Positions 39,562 to 49,302 of a stretch of DNA of 49,302 nucleotides are shown here, in pieces. The DNA comes from an uncultured Mycobacterium sp. (lineage in GTDB: Bacteria > Actinomycetota > Actinomycetes > Mycobacteriales > Mycobacteriaceae), in assembly GCA_964653535.1 (NCBI GenBank), contig CAZZHX010000001.1:1-49302 (forward strand), in the 5' to 3' direction. Positions within the stretch are counted from its first letter, which is position 1, and each line of letters opens with the position of its first letter. Both the position numbers and the translations under genes were made by a program. The notes beneath the pieces are model-generated. The model saw only the letters and a list, made by a program, of their open reading frames with translations, had not been told where the DNA came from and ran no database searches.

Positions 39562-40485
39562 TCAGGATACGTGCCGCCAGGCCCGCACAGCGCCCTCGAC
39601 GAGGTCCGCGCGGCCGGCACCGTCGGGGTCCAGCCACTGCACCCGGTGGTCGCGGCGAAACCACGAACGCTGCCGCCGCACGTAGCGCCGGGTGCCCACG
39701 TAGGTCTGCTCCCTGGCCTCATCCAGCCGGTCGGGGCCGCCACCGGCGTCGAGGGCGGCGATCACCTGGGCGTAGCCCAGGGCGCGCGAGGCGGTGACCC
39801 CGTTGCGCAGACCGTTGTCGAGTAGACCTTCGACCTCGCCGACCAGTCCCTGGTCGAACATGGCGCCGGCACGGCGGGCCAACCGCTGGTCCAGCAACGT
39901 CGTGTCGGTGTCCAGGCCGACGATGACGGTGTCCCAGCGTGCGGCGCCGATGCGGGGCGCCGACGCCGCGAACGGTCGCCCGGTGAGCTCGACGACTTCA
40001 AGGGCCCGCACCGTGCGCCGGCTGTCGGTGGGCAGGATGGTCGAGGCCGCGGCCGGGTCGAGGCGGGCCAGCTCGGCGTGCAGCCGGCCGACTCCCACCT
40101 CGGCGAGCCGTCGTTCCCATCGGGCGCGCACGGCGGGATCGGTTGCGGGAAAAGACCAGTCGTCGAGCAGCGACTGCAGGTAGAGCATGGAGCCTCCCAC
40201 CACGATCGGCAGCATGCCCCGGGCCGCGATCGCTTCGATGTCAGCGGCGGCGGCGCGCTGGTAGCGGGCGACGGTGGCCGTCTCGGTGACGGTGAGGACG
40301 TCGAGCTGGTGGTGCGGGATACCGCGGCGCGCCCCTGCGAGCAGCTTGGCGGTCCCGATGTCCATGCCGCGATAGAGCTGCATCGCGTCGGCATTGACGA
40401 TCTCGCCACCGAGGCTTTCGGCGAGGTCGAGCGCCAGCTGCGACTTACCGGTGCCGGTGGGCCCGATGACCGCCAGCGGTCTCAT
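39562..40485 (-). CDS. miaA: tRNA dimethylallyltransferase
   Basis: [36 protein letters not shown]. Confidence 0.96.
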   Translation of the reverse strand: MRPLAVIGPTGTGKSQLALDLAESLGGEIVNADAMQLYRGMDIGTAKLLAGARRGIPHHQLDVLTVTETATVARYQRAAAADIEAIAARGMLPIVVGGSMLYLQSLLDDWSFPATDPAVRARWERRLAEVGVGRLHAELARLDPAAASTILPTDSRRTVRALEVVELTGRPFAASAPRIGAARWDTVIVGLDTDTTLLDQRLARRAGAMFDQGLVGEVEGLLDNGLRNGVTASRALGYAQVIAALDAGGGPDRLDEAREQTYVGTRRYVRRQRSWFRRDHRVQWLDPDGAGRADLVEGAVRAWRHVS

Positions 40486-41165
40486 GGCCGCCAGGTGCCG
40501 ACGACATAGCCCACGCCGTAGGGCGCACCGCGATACAGGTCGCTGGCCGTGCGCGGCCCGGAGTCGGCCAAGCCGGCCAGCACCTGAAACGCGACCCGCC
40601 CCAGGATCTGTTGGGGCAGCCCGGCCAGGGCGGCGACGTCGCCATGTGCCAGAGCGTCGTCCAGAACCCGTTGTGCGTCGGCGTCCTCCGGGTGGTAGCC
40701 CCCCGGCGCGGCCGGTGTCAGGGTGTTCGCCCCGTCGGCCACCACGAGCACCCCGGTCGGCTCCGGCTCCCGGTCGAGTTCGCTGCGCAGTCGCCTGCCC
40801 TGGGCCAACGCGGTGTCTGCATCGTGGTCGCGGCGGTAGACCTGAACCCGCGCGCTCGCCTCGGGCCGGGCCTGGCCGCGCACCCACGCAGCGACAAGCG
40901 CGCACAGCGGGAAATCGGCGGCCCGGTGGGCGTCCGGGGAGAGCCGGACGGCAACGTCCACCCCGAATCCGGCGAAGGTTCCGACCGCATCGGGGCCCAG
41001 GGTCGCGTCGGCGTCGCCCGTGCCGATGACCACCCATCGCGGTGGCAACTCGGCGGCCGCCGCCAAGGCCGCCGCCACCACGTCTGCCACCTCCGCGGCG
41101 GCGGCTCCGGCGAGTTCGGGGACAAGCACGGGCGCCGACGGAACGATCGCGATGGCGCTGAGCAC
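40482..41165 (-). CDS. Conserved protein upstream of miaA (Rv2728c-like, LigB/AmmeMemo-B-like fold)
   Basis: [27 protein letters not shown]; ATGA overlap with miaA. Confidence 0.8.
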   Translation of the reverse strand: MLSAIAIVPSAPVLVPELAGAAAAEVADVVAAALAAAAELPPRWVVIGTGDADATLGPDAVGTFAGFGVDVAVRLSPDAHRAADFPLCALVAAWVRGQARPEASARVQVYRRDHDADTALAQGRRLRSELDREPEPTGVLVVADGANTLTPAAPGGYHPEDADAQRVLDDALAHGDVAALAGLPQQILGRVAFQVLAGLADSGPRTASDLYRGAPYGVGYVVGTWRP

Positions 41166-41309
41166 GCCACCAAAACTAGTGCCTCGCGGAGCGCTCGACG
41201 AACACGAGGAGTCCCTCGTCGACCAACCTGCTTCAATACTGGGGAACAGGCGCCGCTTCGCGCGGCAGGTGCGCAGGCTCCGCCCGCGCGAAAGGTTGGT
41301 GGCGAGCGC

Positions 41310-42677
41310 ATGACCGTTGACGAGTCCCGCACTGACGGGTCGGCCGTGCCGGGGTCTGTGCCGGTGCCGGGACCCCGCCCGGGGCCGCGTCCGGGTCCCC
41401 GGCCCGGTATTCGCCCCGGTGCCATGGCTGCGCGTCCCGCCACCCACCCGCAGGCGGCGGCCCCGACCAGCGACCCGCGCGCGTTCGGCCGCGTCGACGA
41501 CGACGGCACGGTGTGGCTGATCAGCGGCGCCGGCGAGCGCGTCATCGGCTCCTGGCAAGCCGGCGAGCCGGACGCCGCGTTCGCCCACTTCGGCAGGAGA
41601 TTCGACGACATCAGCACCGAGGTCACGCTGATGGAGGAACGCCTGACAGCGGGGACCGGCGACGCCCGCAAGATCAAAGCCCACGCCACGGAGCTGGCCG
41701 AGAGCCTGCCTTCGGCGTCCGTCCTGGGCGATGTCGACGCCCTGACAGCGCGGTTGACCGGCCTCATCGAGCGCGCCGGTGCCGCCGTCGCGGCGGACCG
41801 CTCGCAACGCGAGGAACATCGGGCCACCCAGACCGCCCGCAAGGAGGCGCTGGCCGTCGAGGCCGAGGACCTGGGCGCCAACTCGACGCAGTGGAAGGCC
41901 GCCGGCGACCGGTTACGCGAGATCCTGGACGAGTGGAAAACAGTCAGCGGCTTGGAGCGCAAGGTCGACGAGGGGTTGTGGAAGAGGTATTCGGCGGCCC
42001 GTGACACCTTCAACCGGCGGCGGGGATCGCACTTCTCGGAGCTGGACAAGGAGCGATCGGGGGTCAAGCAGGCGAAGGAACGACTCTGCGAACGAGCCGA
42101 GGAGCTGTCCGACTCCACGGACTGGACCGCGACCAGCGCAGCGTTCCGCGACCTGCTGACCGAGTGGAAGGCGGCGGGCCGCACCGCCCGAGACGTCGAT
42201 GACGCCCTGTGGCGCCGCTTCAAGGTCGCCCAGGACGCCTTCTTCACCGCCCGCAACGCGGTCACCGCGGAGAAGGATGGCGAGTTGGCTGCCAACGCGA
42301 CCGCCAAAGAAGCGCTGCTGGCCCAGGCAGAAAAGCTCGGCAACGGCGACCACGACGCCGCCAAGACCGCGCTCCGCGCGATCGCGGACAAATGGGACGC
42401 CATCGGCAAGGTGCCGCGGGAACGGTCGGCCGATTTAGAGCGGCGCATGCGCGCGGTGGAGAAGAAGGTGCGCGACGCCGGCGATACGGAATGGGGCGAT
42501 CCGGAGGCTCAGGCGCGGGCCGAGCAATTCCGGACCCGCGCCGAACAGTTCGAGCGACAGGCGCAGAAGGCGGCCGCGGCAGGCCGGACCAAGGACGCCG
42601 AAGAGGCTCAGGCCAACGCCGCCCAGTGGCGCGAATGGGCCGATGCTGCGGCCGCCGCGCTGACCCGTCGGTCCTAG
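41310..42677 (+). CDS. DUF349 repeat protein (Rv2731-like)
   Basis: [10 protein letters not shown], three W-K..G....LW.RF helical repeats, PGPR-rich N-terminus. Confidence 0.88.
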   Translation: MTVDESRTDGSAVPGSVPVPGPRPGPRPGPRPGIRPGAMAARPATHPQAAAPTSDPRAFGRVDDDGTVWLISGAGERVIGSWQAGEPDAAFAHFGRRFDDISTEVTLMEERLTAGTGDARKIKAHATELAESLPSASVLGDVDALTARLTGLIERAGAAVAADRSQREEHRATQTARKEALAVEAEDLGANSTQWKAAGDRLREILDEWKTVSGLERKVDEGLWKRYSAARDTFNRRRGSHFSELDKERSGVKQAKERLCERAEELSDSTDWTATSAAFRDLLTEWKAAGRTARDVDDALWRRFKVAQDAFFTARNAVTAEKDGELAANATAKEALLAQAEKLGNGDHDAAKTALRAIADKWDAIGKVPRERSADLERRMRAVEKKVRDAGDTEWGDPEAQARAEQFRTRAEQFERQAQKAAAAGRTKDAEEAQANAAQWREWADAAAAALTRRS

Positions 42678-42690
42678 CCGTCGGTCCTAG
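42665..42690. repeat. 13-bp direct duplication containing the stop codons of two convergent genes
   Basis: ccgtcggtcctag x2. Confidence 0.85.
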
Positions 42691-43286
42691 CCTTCCGACT
42701 CGGATCCGCCGGGGCGGGGCGCCGGGTCCGGCAAACTGTCCAGCAACGCCATCGACTCGTGCTCCTTGGCGATCCGCCGCCGCTCCTGCTCGGCTGCGAG
42801 TTGGACGATGGTGCGCGTCCATACGACCCGAGCCCATTGAAACGTCAAGGCGATGACTGTGATCCACGCGATGATCAGCCCGACGCCGGGGCCAGGATGC
42901 CCGGCCGCCACGGTCTGTCGCGACCAGACGGCCAGCATCCCAGCGGCGCAGGCCAGTGCCGAACCGGCCAGCGCGATCCAGGCCAGCGCCCAGCGCCGGG
43001 TGATAAGGGCCAGCATCGAGAAGCCGACCCCGAAAACCAGCGTCAGCCAGGCGAACACCCGCGACGGCAGGGCCAGCGCCGCTGCCCCGGCACCGTGGCC
43101 GGCGAACAAAACGTCCCACCCCGGCACGTTGCCCGTGTGCGGCAGGATGAACGTTCCCAGGAGAACGAAGACGAGAATGGACACAACGAAACCCCTGGGG
43201 CCGGGGTCGATTTCACGGGCAACTCTCTTTTCGGCGGCGTCGATCTCGTTGCGCAGCGCGTCCAAGCCGGTGCGTTCCTTCTTCAT
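42687..43286 (-). CDS. Membrane protein (Rv2732c-like)
   Basis: [17 protein letters not shown], four TM helices, WSRQT; ATGA overlap with miaB. Confidence 0.83.
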   Translation of the reverse strand: MKKERTGLDALRNEIDAAEKRVAREIDPGPRGFVVSILVFVLLGTFILPHTGNVPGWDVLFAGHGAGAAALALPSRVFAWLTLVFGVGFSMLALITRRWALAWIALAGSALACAAGMLAVWSRQTVAAGHPGPGVGLIIAWITVIALTFQWARVVWTRTIVQLAAEQERRRIAKEHESMALLDSLPDPAPRPGGSESEG

Positions 43287-44773
43287 GGCGTACATCCTTC
43301 TCTGAAACCGGTGGGCGCGCCAACGGCCGGCACACCGAGGCCCACGCTCCGCACACTTGGGCCCGTCGCATGCGCGTCACCGGCCCGGGTGCGGCGGTGG
43401 CTGAGGATGCCCGCGTCGGCGATCAGGTGGTGGGGCGCAGCTCCGGTGACCGCCGCGCTGACGATGTCGCCGGGACGCACCGGCGTGTCCGCCGTGAAGT
43501 GCACAAGCCGACCGTCGCGCGCACGACCGGTCATGCGTGCCGTCGCGCTGTCCTTACGTCCCTCGCCGGCGGCGACCAGCAATTCGACAGTGTGTCCGAT
43601 CAACGCCCGGTTACCCTCCAGCGAGATTTGTTCTTGCAGTTCGACCAGGCGCTCGTAGCGCTCCTGCACAACGACCTTGGGGACCTGCCCCTCGAGTTCG
43701 GCCGCCGGGGTGCCGGGTCGCTTGGAGTACTGGAAGGTGAAGGCCGCCGCGAACCGGGCGTGGCGCACGACGTCGAGCGTGGCCCCAAAATCCTCCTCCG
43801 TCTCGCCGGGGAAGCCGACGATGAGGTCGGTGGTGATGGCCGCATGCGGCATGGCTGCACGCACCCGGTCGAGGATGCCGAGATAGCGGTCCGCGCGATA
43901 CGACCGGCGCATGGCACGCAGCACACGGTCCGAGCCCGACTGCAGGGGCATGTGCAGGGCGGGACACACATTCGGGGTCTGGGCCATCGCCTCGATCACG
44001 TCGTCGGTGAACTCGGCCGGGTGCGGCGAGGTGAACCGCACCCGTTCCAGCCCGTCGATACGTCCACAGGCCCGCAGGAGGGCGGCGAAGGCTCCATGGT
44101 CCCGGGGCAACTCGGGGTCGGCGAACGACACCCCGTAGGCGTTGACGTTCTGGCCGAGCAGGGTCACCTCGATGACGCCGTCGTCCACCAACGACCGCAC
44201 CTCGGCGAGAACGTCGACCGGACTGCGGTCGACCTCCTTGCCGCGCAGGGACGGGACGATACAGAAGGTGCAGCTGTTGTTGCACCCGACCGAAATCGAC
44301 ACCCAGGCCGCGTAGGCCGATTCGCGGGAACTGGGCAGCGCAGACGGAAACTGCTGCAACGATTCGGCGATCTCCACCTGGGCGATGTTGTTGTGGCGCG
44401 CCCGGTCGAGCAGCGTCGGCAGCGACCCGATGTTGTGGGTGCCGAATACGACATCGACCCAGGGCGCCTTGCGCAGCACCGCCTCGCGGTCCTTTTGCGC
44501 CAGGCAACCCCCCACCGCGATCTGCATGTCGGGGTTGGCGCGCTTACGCGGCGCCAGGTGGCTGATATTGCCGTACAGCTTGTTGTCGGCGTTCTCCCGC
44601 ACAGCGCACGTGTTGAACACCACCACGTCGGCGTCGGCACCCTCGGCCGCCCGGCGGTAGCCGGCCGCCTCCAGCAGGCCGGCCAGCCGCTCGGAGTCGT
44701 GGACGTTCATCTGGCAGCCGTAGGTGCGCACCTGGTAGGTGCGCACCGGCCCCGGCGCCGCAATGGAAGTCAC
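43283..44773 (-). CDS. miaB: tRNA-2-methylthio-N6-dimethylallyladenosine synthase MiaB
   Basis: [19 protein letters not shown], radical [16 protein letters not shown]-terminus; TACCAT -10 6 nt upstream. Confidence 0.97.
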   Translation of the reverse strand: MTSIAAPGPVRTYQVRTYGCQMNVHDSERLAGLLEAAGYRRAAEGADADVVVFNTCAVRENADNKLYGNISHLAPRKRANPDMQIAVGGCLAQKDREAVLRKAPWVDVVFGTHNIGSLPTLLDRARHNNIAQVEIAESLQQFPSALPSSRESAYAAWVSISVGCNNSCTFCIVPSLRGKEVDRSPVDVLAEVRSLVDDGVIEVTLLGQNVNAYGVSFADPELPRDHGAFAALLRACGRIDGLERVRFTSPHPAEFTDDVIEAMAQTPNVCPALHMPLQSGSDRVLRAMRRSYRADRYLGILDRVRAAMPHAAITTDLIVGFPGETEEDFGATLDVVRHARFAAAFTFQYSKRPGTPAAELEGQVPKVVVQERYERLVELQEQISLEGNRALIGHTVELLVAAGEGRKDSATARMTGRARDGRLVHFTADTPVRPGDIVSAAVTGAAPHHLIADAGILSHRRTRAGDAHATGPSVRSVGLGVPAVGAPTGFREGCTP

Positions 44774-44802
44774 GACGCCATGGTACGGCGACCGGCCGCG
44801 GC

Positions 44803-45318
44803 TTAAACGCGCCTGCGCTCACGTTCGGCGGCCAGCTCCGCGAGCACCACCTCACATGCCAGATTCTGGCTGTATCCGCGTCGCGCCAGCATCCCGATCA
44901 GCCTGCGGCTGACCGGTGCTGCGTCGTGGATCAGCCTTTCCCGCCGCAGCTTCGCCCGGACCAACTCCTCAGCGCGGCTCCGCTCCGCCCCGGCGTCGAT
45001 CCCGGCCAGGGCCGCGGTGATGACCTCGTTGTCGACGCCCTTGGCGTGGAGTTCGGCGGCCAGCGCGCGCCTGCCCTTGCCGGCGTTCGCCCGTCGGCTC
45101 TCCACCCATTGCTGCGCGAAATCGGTGTCGTCCACCAACCCGACGGCGGCCAGCCGGTCGAGCACCAGGCCGGCGACATCGTCGGGGTAGCCGCGCTTGG
45201 CCAGCTGACGGGACAACTCGGCGCGGGTGCGGGCTCTCGCGGTGAGCAGGCGCAGGCACAGGGCCCGCGCCTGCTCTTCGCGAGAGGGCTCAGAAGTCGA
45301 CGGGTGCGGGCAGGACAT
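44803..45318 (-). CDS. recX: Recombination regulator RecX
   Basis: [32 protein letters not shown]; overlaps the recA 3' end. Confidence 0.95.
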   Translation of the reverse strand: MSCPHPSTSEPSREEQARALCLRLLTARARTRAELSRQLAKRGYPDDVAGLVLDRLAAVGLVDDTDFAQQWVESRRANAGKGRRALAAELHAKGVDNEVITAALAGIDAGAERSRAEELVRAKLRRERLIHDAAPVSRRLIGMLARRGYSQNLACEVVLAELAAERERRRV

Positions 45319-46342
45319 CGTCGACAGAGGGCGCGTCGGTGACGACCGCACCGATGCCCAGCTTTTCCTTGATCTTCTTCTCGATCTCGTTGGCCAGGTC
45401 GGGGTTCTCCACCAGGAAGGTGCGGGCGTTCTCCTTGCCCTGGCCGAGCTGCTCGCCCTCGTAGGTGAACCAGGAACCGGACTTGCGAACGAATCCGTGA
45501 TCCACGCCCATGTCGATCAGCGAACCCTCCCGGCTGATGCCGAAGCCGTACAGGATGTCGAATTCGGCCTGCTTGAAGGGCGGTGCCACCTTGTTCTTGA
45601 CGACCTTGACCCGGGTGCGGTTGCCGACCGCGTTGGTGCCGTCCTTGAGCGTCTCGATCCGGCGCACGTCCAAGCGGACCGACGCGTAGAACTTCAACGC
45701 CTTTCCGCCGGTCGTCGTTTCTGGACTGCCGAACATCACCCCGATTTTTTCCCGGAGCTGGTTGATGAAGATCGCGGTGGTGTTCGAATTGCTCAGGGCA
45801 CCAGTCATTTTCCGCAACGCCTGACTCATCAACCGGGCCTGCAGCCCGACGTGGCTGTCGCCCATCTCGCCGTCAAGTTCCGCGCGCGGCACCAGGGCCG
45901 CCACCGAGTCGATGACTAGGACGTCCAGCGCGCCAGAGCGGATCAGCATGTCGGCGATCTCCAGGGCCTGCTCACCGGTATCAGGCTGGCTGACCAGCAG
46001 CGAATCGGTGTCGACGCCGAGTTTTTTGGCGTAGTCCGGGTCCAGGGCGTGCTCGGCGTCGATGAACGCCGCGATGCCGCCGGCGGCCTGGGCGTTGGCC
46101 ACCGCGTGCAGTGCGACGGTGGTCTTGCCCGAGGACTCCGGGCCGTAGATCTCCACGACCCGGCCACGCGGCAGGCCGCCGATGCCCAGGGCCACGTCCA
46201 GTGCGATGGATCCGGTCGGGATGACCGAGATCGGTTGACGGATCTCGTCGCCGAGACGCATCACCGAACCTTTGCCATGGTTCTTCTCGATCTGGGCCAT
46301 CGCCAGTTCGAGAGCCTTCTCACGGTCGGGAGCTTGTGTCAT
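45290..46342 (-). CDS. recA: Recombinase RecA (no intein)
   Basis: [47 protein letters not shown]; 350 aa uninterrupted. Confidence 0.99.
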   Translation of the reverse strand: MTQAPDREKALELAMAQIEKNHGKGSVMRLGDEIRQPISVIPTGSIALDVALGIGGLPRGRVVEIYGPESSGKTTVALHAVANAQAAGGIAAFIDAEHALDPDYAKKLGVDTDSLLVSQPDTGEQALEIADMLIRSGALDVLVIDSVAALVPRAELDGEMGDSHVGLQARLMSQALRKMTGALSNSNTTAIFINQLREKIGVMFGSPETTTGGKALKFYASVRLDVRRIETLKDGTNAVGNRTRVKVVKNKVAPPFKQAEFDILYGFGISREGSLIDMGVDHGFVRKSGSWFTYEGEQLGQGKENARTFLVENPDLANEIEKKIKEKLGIGAVVTDAPSVDDVLPAPVDF

Positions 46343-46399
46343 GGTGCCTCTCCTGTAGTCGCTGTGTTCGATTGACCGGGTATCGGTCCGTTGGCCGCC

Positions 46400-46422
46400 A
46401 CATTAGAGATGGCCACCGACAA
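46400..46422 (-). promoter_or_regulatory. recA P1: RecA-NDp (PafBC) promoter
   Basis: Minus strand TTGTCGGTG-N8-TAATGT. Confidence 0.88.
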
Positions 46423-46445
46423 GTCGATGCAGTCGAACACTCACC

Positions 46446-46473
46446 AGATTAGGGGAACAGGTGTTCGAATCAA
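46446..46473 (-). promoter_or_regulatory. recA P2 promoter with SOS box
   Basis: TTGATT-N16-TAATCT on the minus strand overlapping TCGAAC-ACCT-GTTCCC (46453-46468). Confidence 0.8.
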
Positions 46474-46496
46474 GTCAACACGCCGAACGAGGCGGA

Positions 46497-46691
46497 TCAC
46501 CACTGATCGCGGGGCACGTCGAAGTCGACACACAGGGCCCGCCAGACATCGCGGGGCTCGACGCCGGCGTCGATGGCCTGGGCGGCGGTCCGCCCGCCGA
46601 AACCGGTCAGCACGTGGTCGGTGAGCACCGAGGAACCGTAGGCGGCGCCAAACCGCTGAACGATCCGCTCGTGGAACTCCGTTAGCCGCAC
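46497..46691 (-). CDS. DUF3046 protein (Rv2738c-like)
   Basis: RLTEF...FG..Y....DHVL...GGRT..QA..AG..PR.VW.ALC. Confidence 0.88.
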   Translation of the reverse strand: MRLTEFHERIVQRFGAAYGSSVLTDHVLTGFGGRTAAQAIDAGVEPRDVWRALCVDFDVPRDQW

Positions 46692-46739
46692 GTGCGCAAA
46701 GATACCCAGCGGAGATGCCTAGTAAAGACCCCCAGCGAG

Positions 46740-47906
46740 TCAGCCCGCTAACGCAAGCGCATCGCGGCACACCCGCACCGGATCAGCGACGCCGGCGGCG
46801 CCGGCGCGGGCACTCCGCGCCGCCTCGCGGTAGGAGGGCGACGACAGCACTTCCGCCACGGCGGCGACCAGGGCGTCGGCGGTCAGCGGCCGGACGATCC
46901 GTCCGCTGCCCTGCCTCGCCACCCGGTTGGCGAGCTCCCACTGGTCCCCTCCGCCGGGAACCACCACCAGCGGAACCCCGGCCAGCAGGGTCTTGGCCAG
47001 CATGCCGTGGCCGCCACCGCAGACCACCAGTTCGGCCCGCGTCAACAACTCGGCCTGCCGGCCCAGCCCCACCACCGCATACGGCGGCACCGCCAGCTCC
47101 GGCCCGCCCAGCCGCGACACCACCAGGCGCGAACCGGCCGGCAGCGTCTCACCCGGAACGAGGCACTCCAGCGCGGTTTCGGCCAGTCCCTCGGTGCCGG
47201 TCAACGCGGTCGACGGGGCGACCACCACCACCGGCCCCGACCCGTCGGGGATGTCCAGCACACGATCGGTCGGCTCGAAATGCAGCGGGCCCACCAGCAC
47301 CGCTTCGGCCGGCCAGTCCGGCCGCGGGACCTCCAGGGCGGGCAGGGTGGCGATCAGCCGCCGCAGCGGCCCGGGATCGTCGGCGGGCAGGCCGATGTCG
47401 GCCCGCGCGGCCGCCCGCTGGCGCAGTCCGGCACGCCAGGACCGGGCGGTGAACGCCCGCATCGCCGCGTCCCGCAGGCGGCCGCGCAGTCCAGTGCCCG
47501 GCGCCAGTCCGCTGCCGATCGGCGGCAACCCTCGCGACGGCAGGTAGAGCGGATGCGGGTCGAGTTCGATCCACGGAATCCCCAGCAGCTCGGCCGCCAT
47601 CCCGCCGCAGACGGTGATGGCGTCGGACACCACCAGATCGGGTGCGAGGTCACGTAGGGCCGGCACGTTCACGACGGCCATCTCGGCCGCACGGCGGTGG
47701 ATGCGCGCGCCCGCGTCGAGGTCGTCGTCGGTGGCCGCGAGCCCGGCCAGTTCGACAGCGTCGATACCGGCGGCGCCCGCGGTGTCGAGCCACTCCGCGC
47801 CGGTGAACAACGTCGGCTCGTCGCCCGCGTCGGACAGGAGTTGGCACAACGCGATAGCGGGAAACGAGTGCCCGGGATCCGGCCCGGCGACCACGGCGAT
47901 ACGCAT
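46740..47906 (-). CDS. GT-B (MGT/UGT-like) glycosyltransferase (Rv2739c-like)
   Basis: GPDPGHSFP, CGGGHG, AGVPLVVVPGGGDQ. Confidence 0.88.
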   Translation of the reverse strand: MRIAVVAGPDPGHSFPAIALCQLLSDAGDEPTLFTGAEWLDTAGAAGIDAVELAGLAATDDDLDAGARIHRRAAEMAVVNVPALRDLAPDLVVSDAITVCGGMAAELLGIPWIELDPHPLYLPSRGLPPIGSGLAPGTGLRGRLRDAAMRAFTARSWRAGLRQRAAARADIGLPADDPGPLRRLIATLPALEVPRPDWPAEAVLVGPLHFEPTDRVLDIPDGSGPVVVVAPSTALTGTEGLAETALECLVPGETLPAGSRLVVSRLGGPELAVPPYAVVGLGRQAELLTRAELVVCGGGHGMLAKTLLAGVPLVVVPGGGDQWELANRVARQGSGRIVRPLTADALVAAVAEVLSSPSYREAARSARAGAAGVADPVRVCRDALALAG

Positions 47907-47983
47907 CGGCCCTCACCCTGCCATAGCGGCCGGCCGCCACGCTGCCTACGCTGGCAGCCACAGTCACATCGAATGGAGCAGAA

Positions 47984-48415
47984 GTGAATGAAACAGCCCC
48001 CGACATCGCTGCCAATACCCGCGTCGTCGAGGGCTTTCTGACCGCCCTGCAGGACGCGGACTACGACGCCGCGGATGCCGCACTGGACGACAACCTCGTC
48101 TACGAGAACGTCGGCCTGCCGGCCATCCACGGCCGCGTCCGAGCGATGAAACTGTTTCGCCGGATGGACGGCCGCGCCGCCTTCGAGGTGAAGTTCCACC
48201 GGGTCGCCGCCGACGGGGCCGCCGTGCTCACCGAGCGCACCGACGCGCTGATCTTCGGCCCGCTGCGGCTTCAGTTCTGGGTGTGCGGGGTATTCGAGGT
48301 CCACGACGGTCGGATCACCTTGTGGCGGGACTACTTCGACTTCTTCGATCTGCTCAAGGCCACGGCGCGAGGCGTGGCGGCACTGGTGGTGCCGTCGCTC
48401 AAAGCGACGCTCTGA
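47984..48415 (+). CDS. ephG: Limonene-1,2-epoxide hydrolase family protein (Rv2740-like)
   Basis: VYENVG, VLTERTD, VCGVFEV, WRDYFD. Confidence 0.88.
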   Translation: MNETAPDIAANTRVVEGFLTALQDADYDAADAALDDNLVYENVGLPAIHGRVRAMKLFRRMDGRAAFEVKFHRVAADGAAVLTERTDALIFGPLRLQFWVCGVFEVHDGRITLWRDYFDFFDLLKATARGVAALVVPSLKATL

Positions 48416-48417
48416 CG

Positions 48418-49227
48418 CTACCGGCCGGGCACGCCGCCGAGTTCCTCGAACGCCTGCGCCCACCCGGTCAGGCGATCGGTGGCGCCCGACAGTTCGGCGC
48501 GGTAGCGCTGCCGCGACACGGTCAACCCATCACCGGTCGCCGAGGACACCAGGTGCGCGGCGGCGGTCACCATTTCGTTGTACTGGCGGACGCCGGCGCT
48601 CAGCTGCGCAGTGAACGCGTTGATGGTGGGTACCAGATGCGAACGCGTCGACTCCGAGGCGTGCACGGCCCGCTCCATCGACACCACCTCTGCCGCGGTG
48701 GCTGCCATCGCCGCAGAAGACTTCGTGGCGGCCGCAGTCAGGTCGCGGATCTCGTCCTCCGGCAGCATCGATCCGCTCTGCAAGACCCCTAACAGGGAGA
48801 AGAACCCCCGCTCCGAGGCGCCCAGCGCGGACATCGCGGGCCGCGCCGCCGAGCCGGGCGGCGGGAGCCGGCGGGTGGTCGCGGTCCGCTCAGCGGGCAG
48901 CGGCTCCGAGCGGAGCCAGCGGTAGCGCAGCAGCAACAGCGTCGCCGGAATCGCCATCAGCACCGCGACGGCGCCGGTGATCTCGAGCAGCAGCGCGAAC
49001 CAGCCCCAGGCCGCCAACCCCAGGGTCACCGCCGTCCAGAACAGGCACCCCGCCCCGAAGAGCAGGCCCCACCTCAGTGCACGGCGTCGGCGTCGCAGCA
49101 ACCGTGCGCGCGGAGTCGCGACGGCTGTCACCGTCCGCGCGAGAAAGTCGAAAAGCTCAGCAGCACCGGTTAATCCGCGCTGCGGCAAGCCCCGCCGGGA
49201 CCCACGCTGCACCGATTCGACTGCCAT
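48418..49227 (-). CDS. pspM: Phage shock envelope stress protein PspM (Rv2743c-like)
   Basis: PRARLLRRRRR, two TM helices, LPPPGSAARP, helical C-terminus; downstream of pspA. Confidence 0.87.
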   Translation of the reverse strand: MAVESVQRGSRRGLPQRGLTGAAELFDFLARTVTAVATPRARLLRRRRRALRWGLLFGAGCLFWTAVTLGLAAWGWFALLLEITGAVAVLMAIPATLLLLRYRWLRSEPLPAERTATTRRLPPPGSAARPAMSALGASERGFFSLLGVLQSGSMLPEDEIRDLTAAATKSSAAMAATAAEVVSMERAVHASESTRSHLVPTINAFTAQLSAGVRQYNEMVTAAAHLVSSATGDGLTVSRQRYRAELSGATDRLTGWAQAFEELGGVPGR

Positions 49228-49242
49228 CTGCACTCCGCCTGT

Positions 49243-49289
49243 CGGTATTACTGGGTCTGCCGGTGTTACTGGGTCTGCCGGTGTTACTG
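49243..49289. repeat. 18-bp tandem repeat (about 2.6 copies) spanning the pspA stop codon
   Basis: cggt[a/g]ttactgggtctgc x2 plus cggtgttactg. Confidence 0.88.
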
Positions 49290-49302
49290 ACCGAGCGGCG
49301 TT
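49284..49302 (-). CDS. pspA: Extreme 3' end of PspA (35 kDa antigen, Rv2744c-like)
   Basis: Minus strand reads ..TPLGQ* as recalled for the mycobacterial PspA C-terminus; position upstream of pspM. Only 5 codons visible. Confidence 0.6.

Noticed and set aside
39562-41037. Long N-terminal extensions in the ORF track (miaA, suhB, YihY, DUF349, trkB, dut)
   Set aside because: Extensions overlap neighbouring genes; downstream starts match family N-termini, SDs or stop/start overlaps.
41355-41425. PGPR repeats at the DUF349 N-terminus
   Set aside because: Pro/Arg low-complexity linker typical of this family; DNA repeats are degenerate.
45290-46342. RecA intein
   Set aside because: Continuous 350-aa RecA; KNKVAPP and the other known insertion regions are uninterrupted.

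Overview
High-GC actinobacterial (Mycobacterium, not M. tuberculosis) core-genome window, syntenic from memory with H37Rv Rv2682c (dxs) to Rv2744c (pspA). Gene order: dxs, CBS protein, ArsB/NhaD permease, TRAM methyltransferase, APC/KimA-like permease, trkA/trkB, dut, cei, suhB, ppgK, sigA, sigB, ideR, sthA, nrdR, chiZ, lexA, LGFP-repeat protein, fadE20, hflX, dapF, miaA, miaB, recX, intein-free recA, ephG, pspM. Readable regulatory sites include a CRP box, MprA box, SigE/SigH promoter, SOS boxes and PafBC/RecA-NDp promoters. No tRNA, rRNA, CRISPR, IS or prophage was seen. Two things are most unusual. (i) An accessory module right after sigA: MarR, an FAD monooxygenase, two ATCAA-N5-TTGAY operator-like sites, then a degenerate PadR-like protein with nine GxxMM pentapeptides and a MarR-like C-terminal helix. 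(ii) A 654-aa SigA whose first 236 residues are an acid-free histone H1/Hc2-like Lys/Ala repeat region. All orthology calls come from motif recognition and recalled synteny, not database searches.
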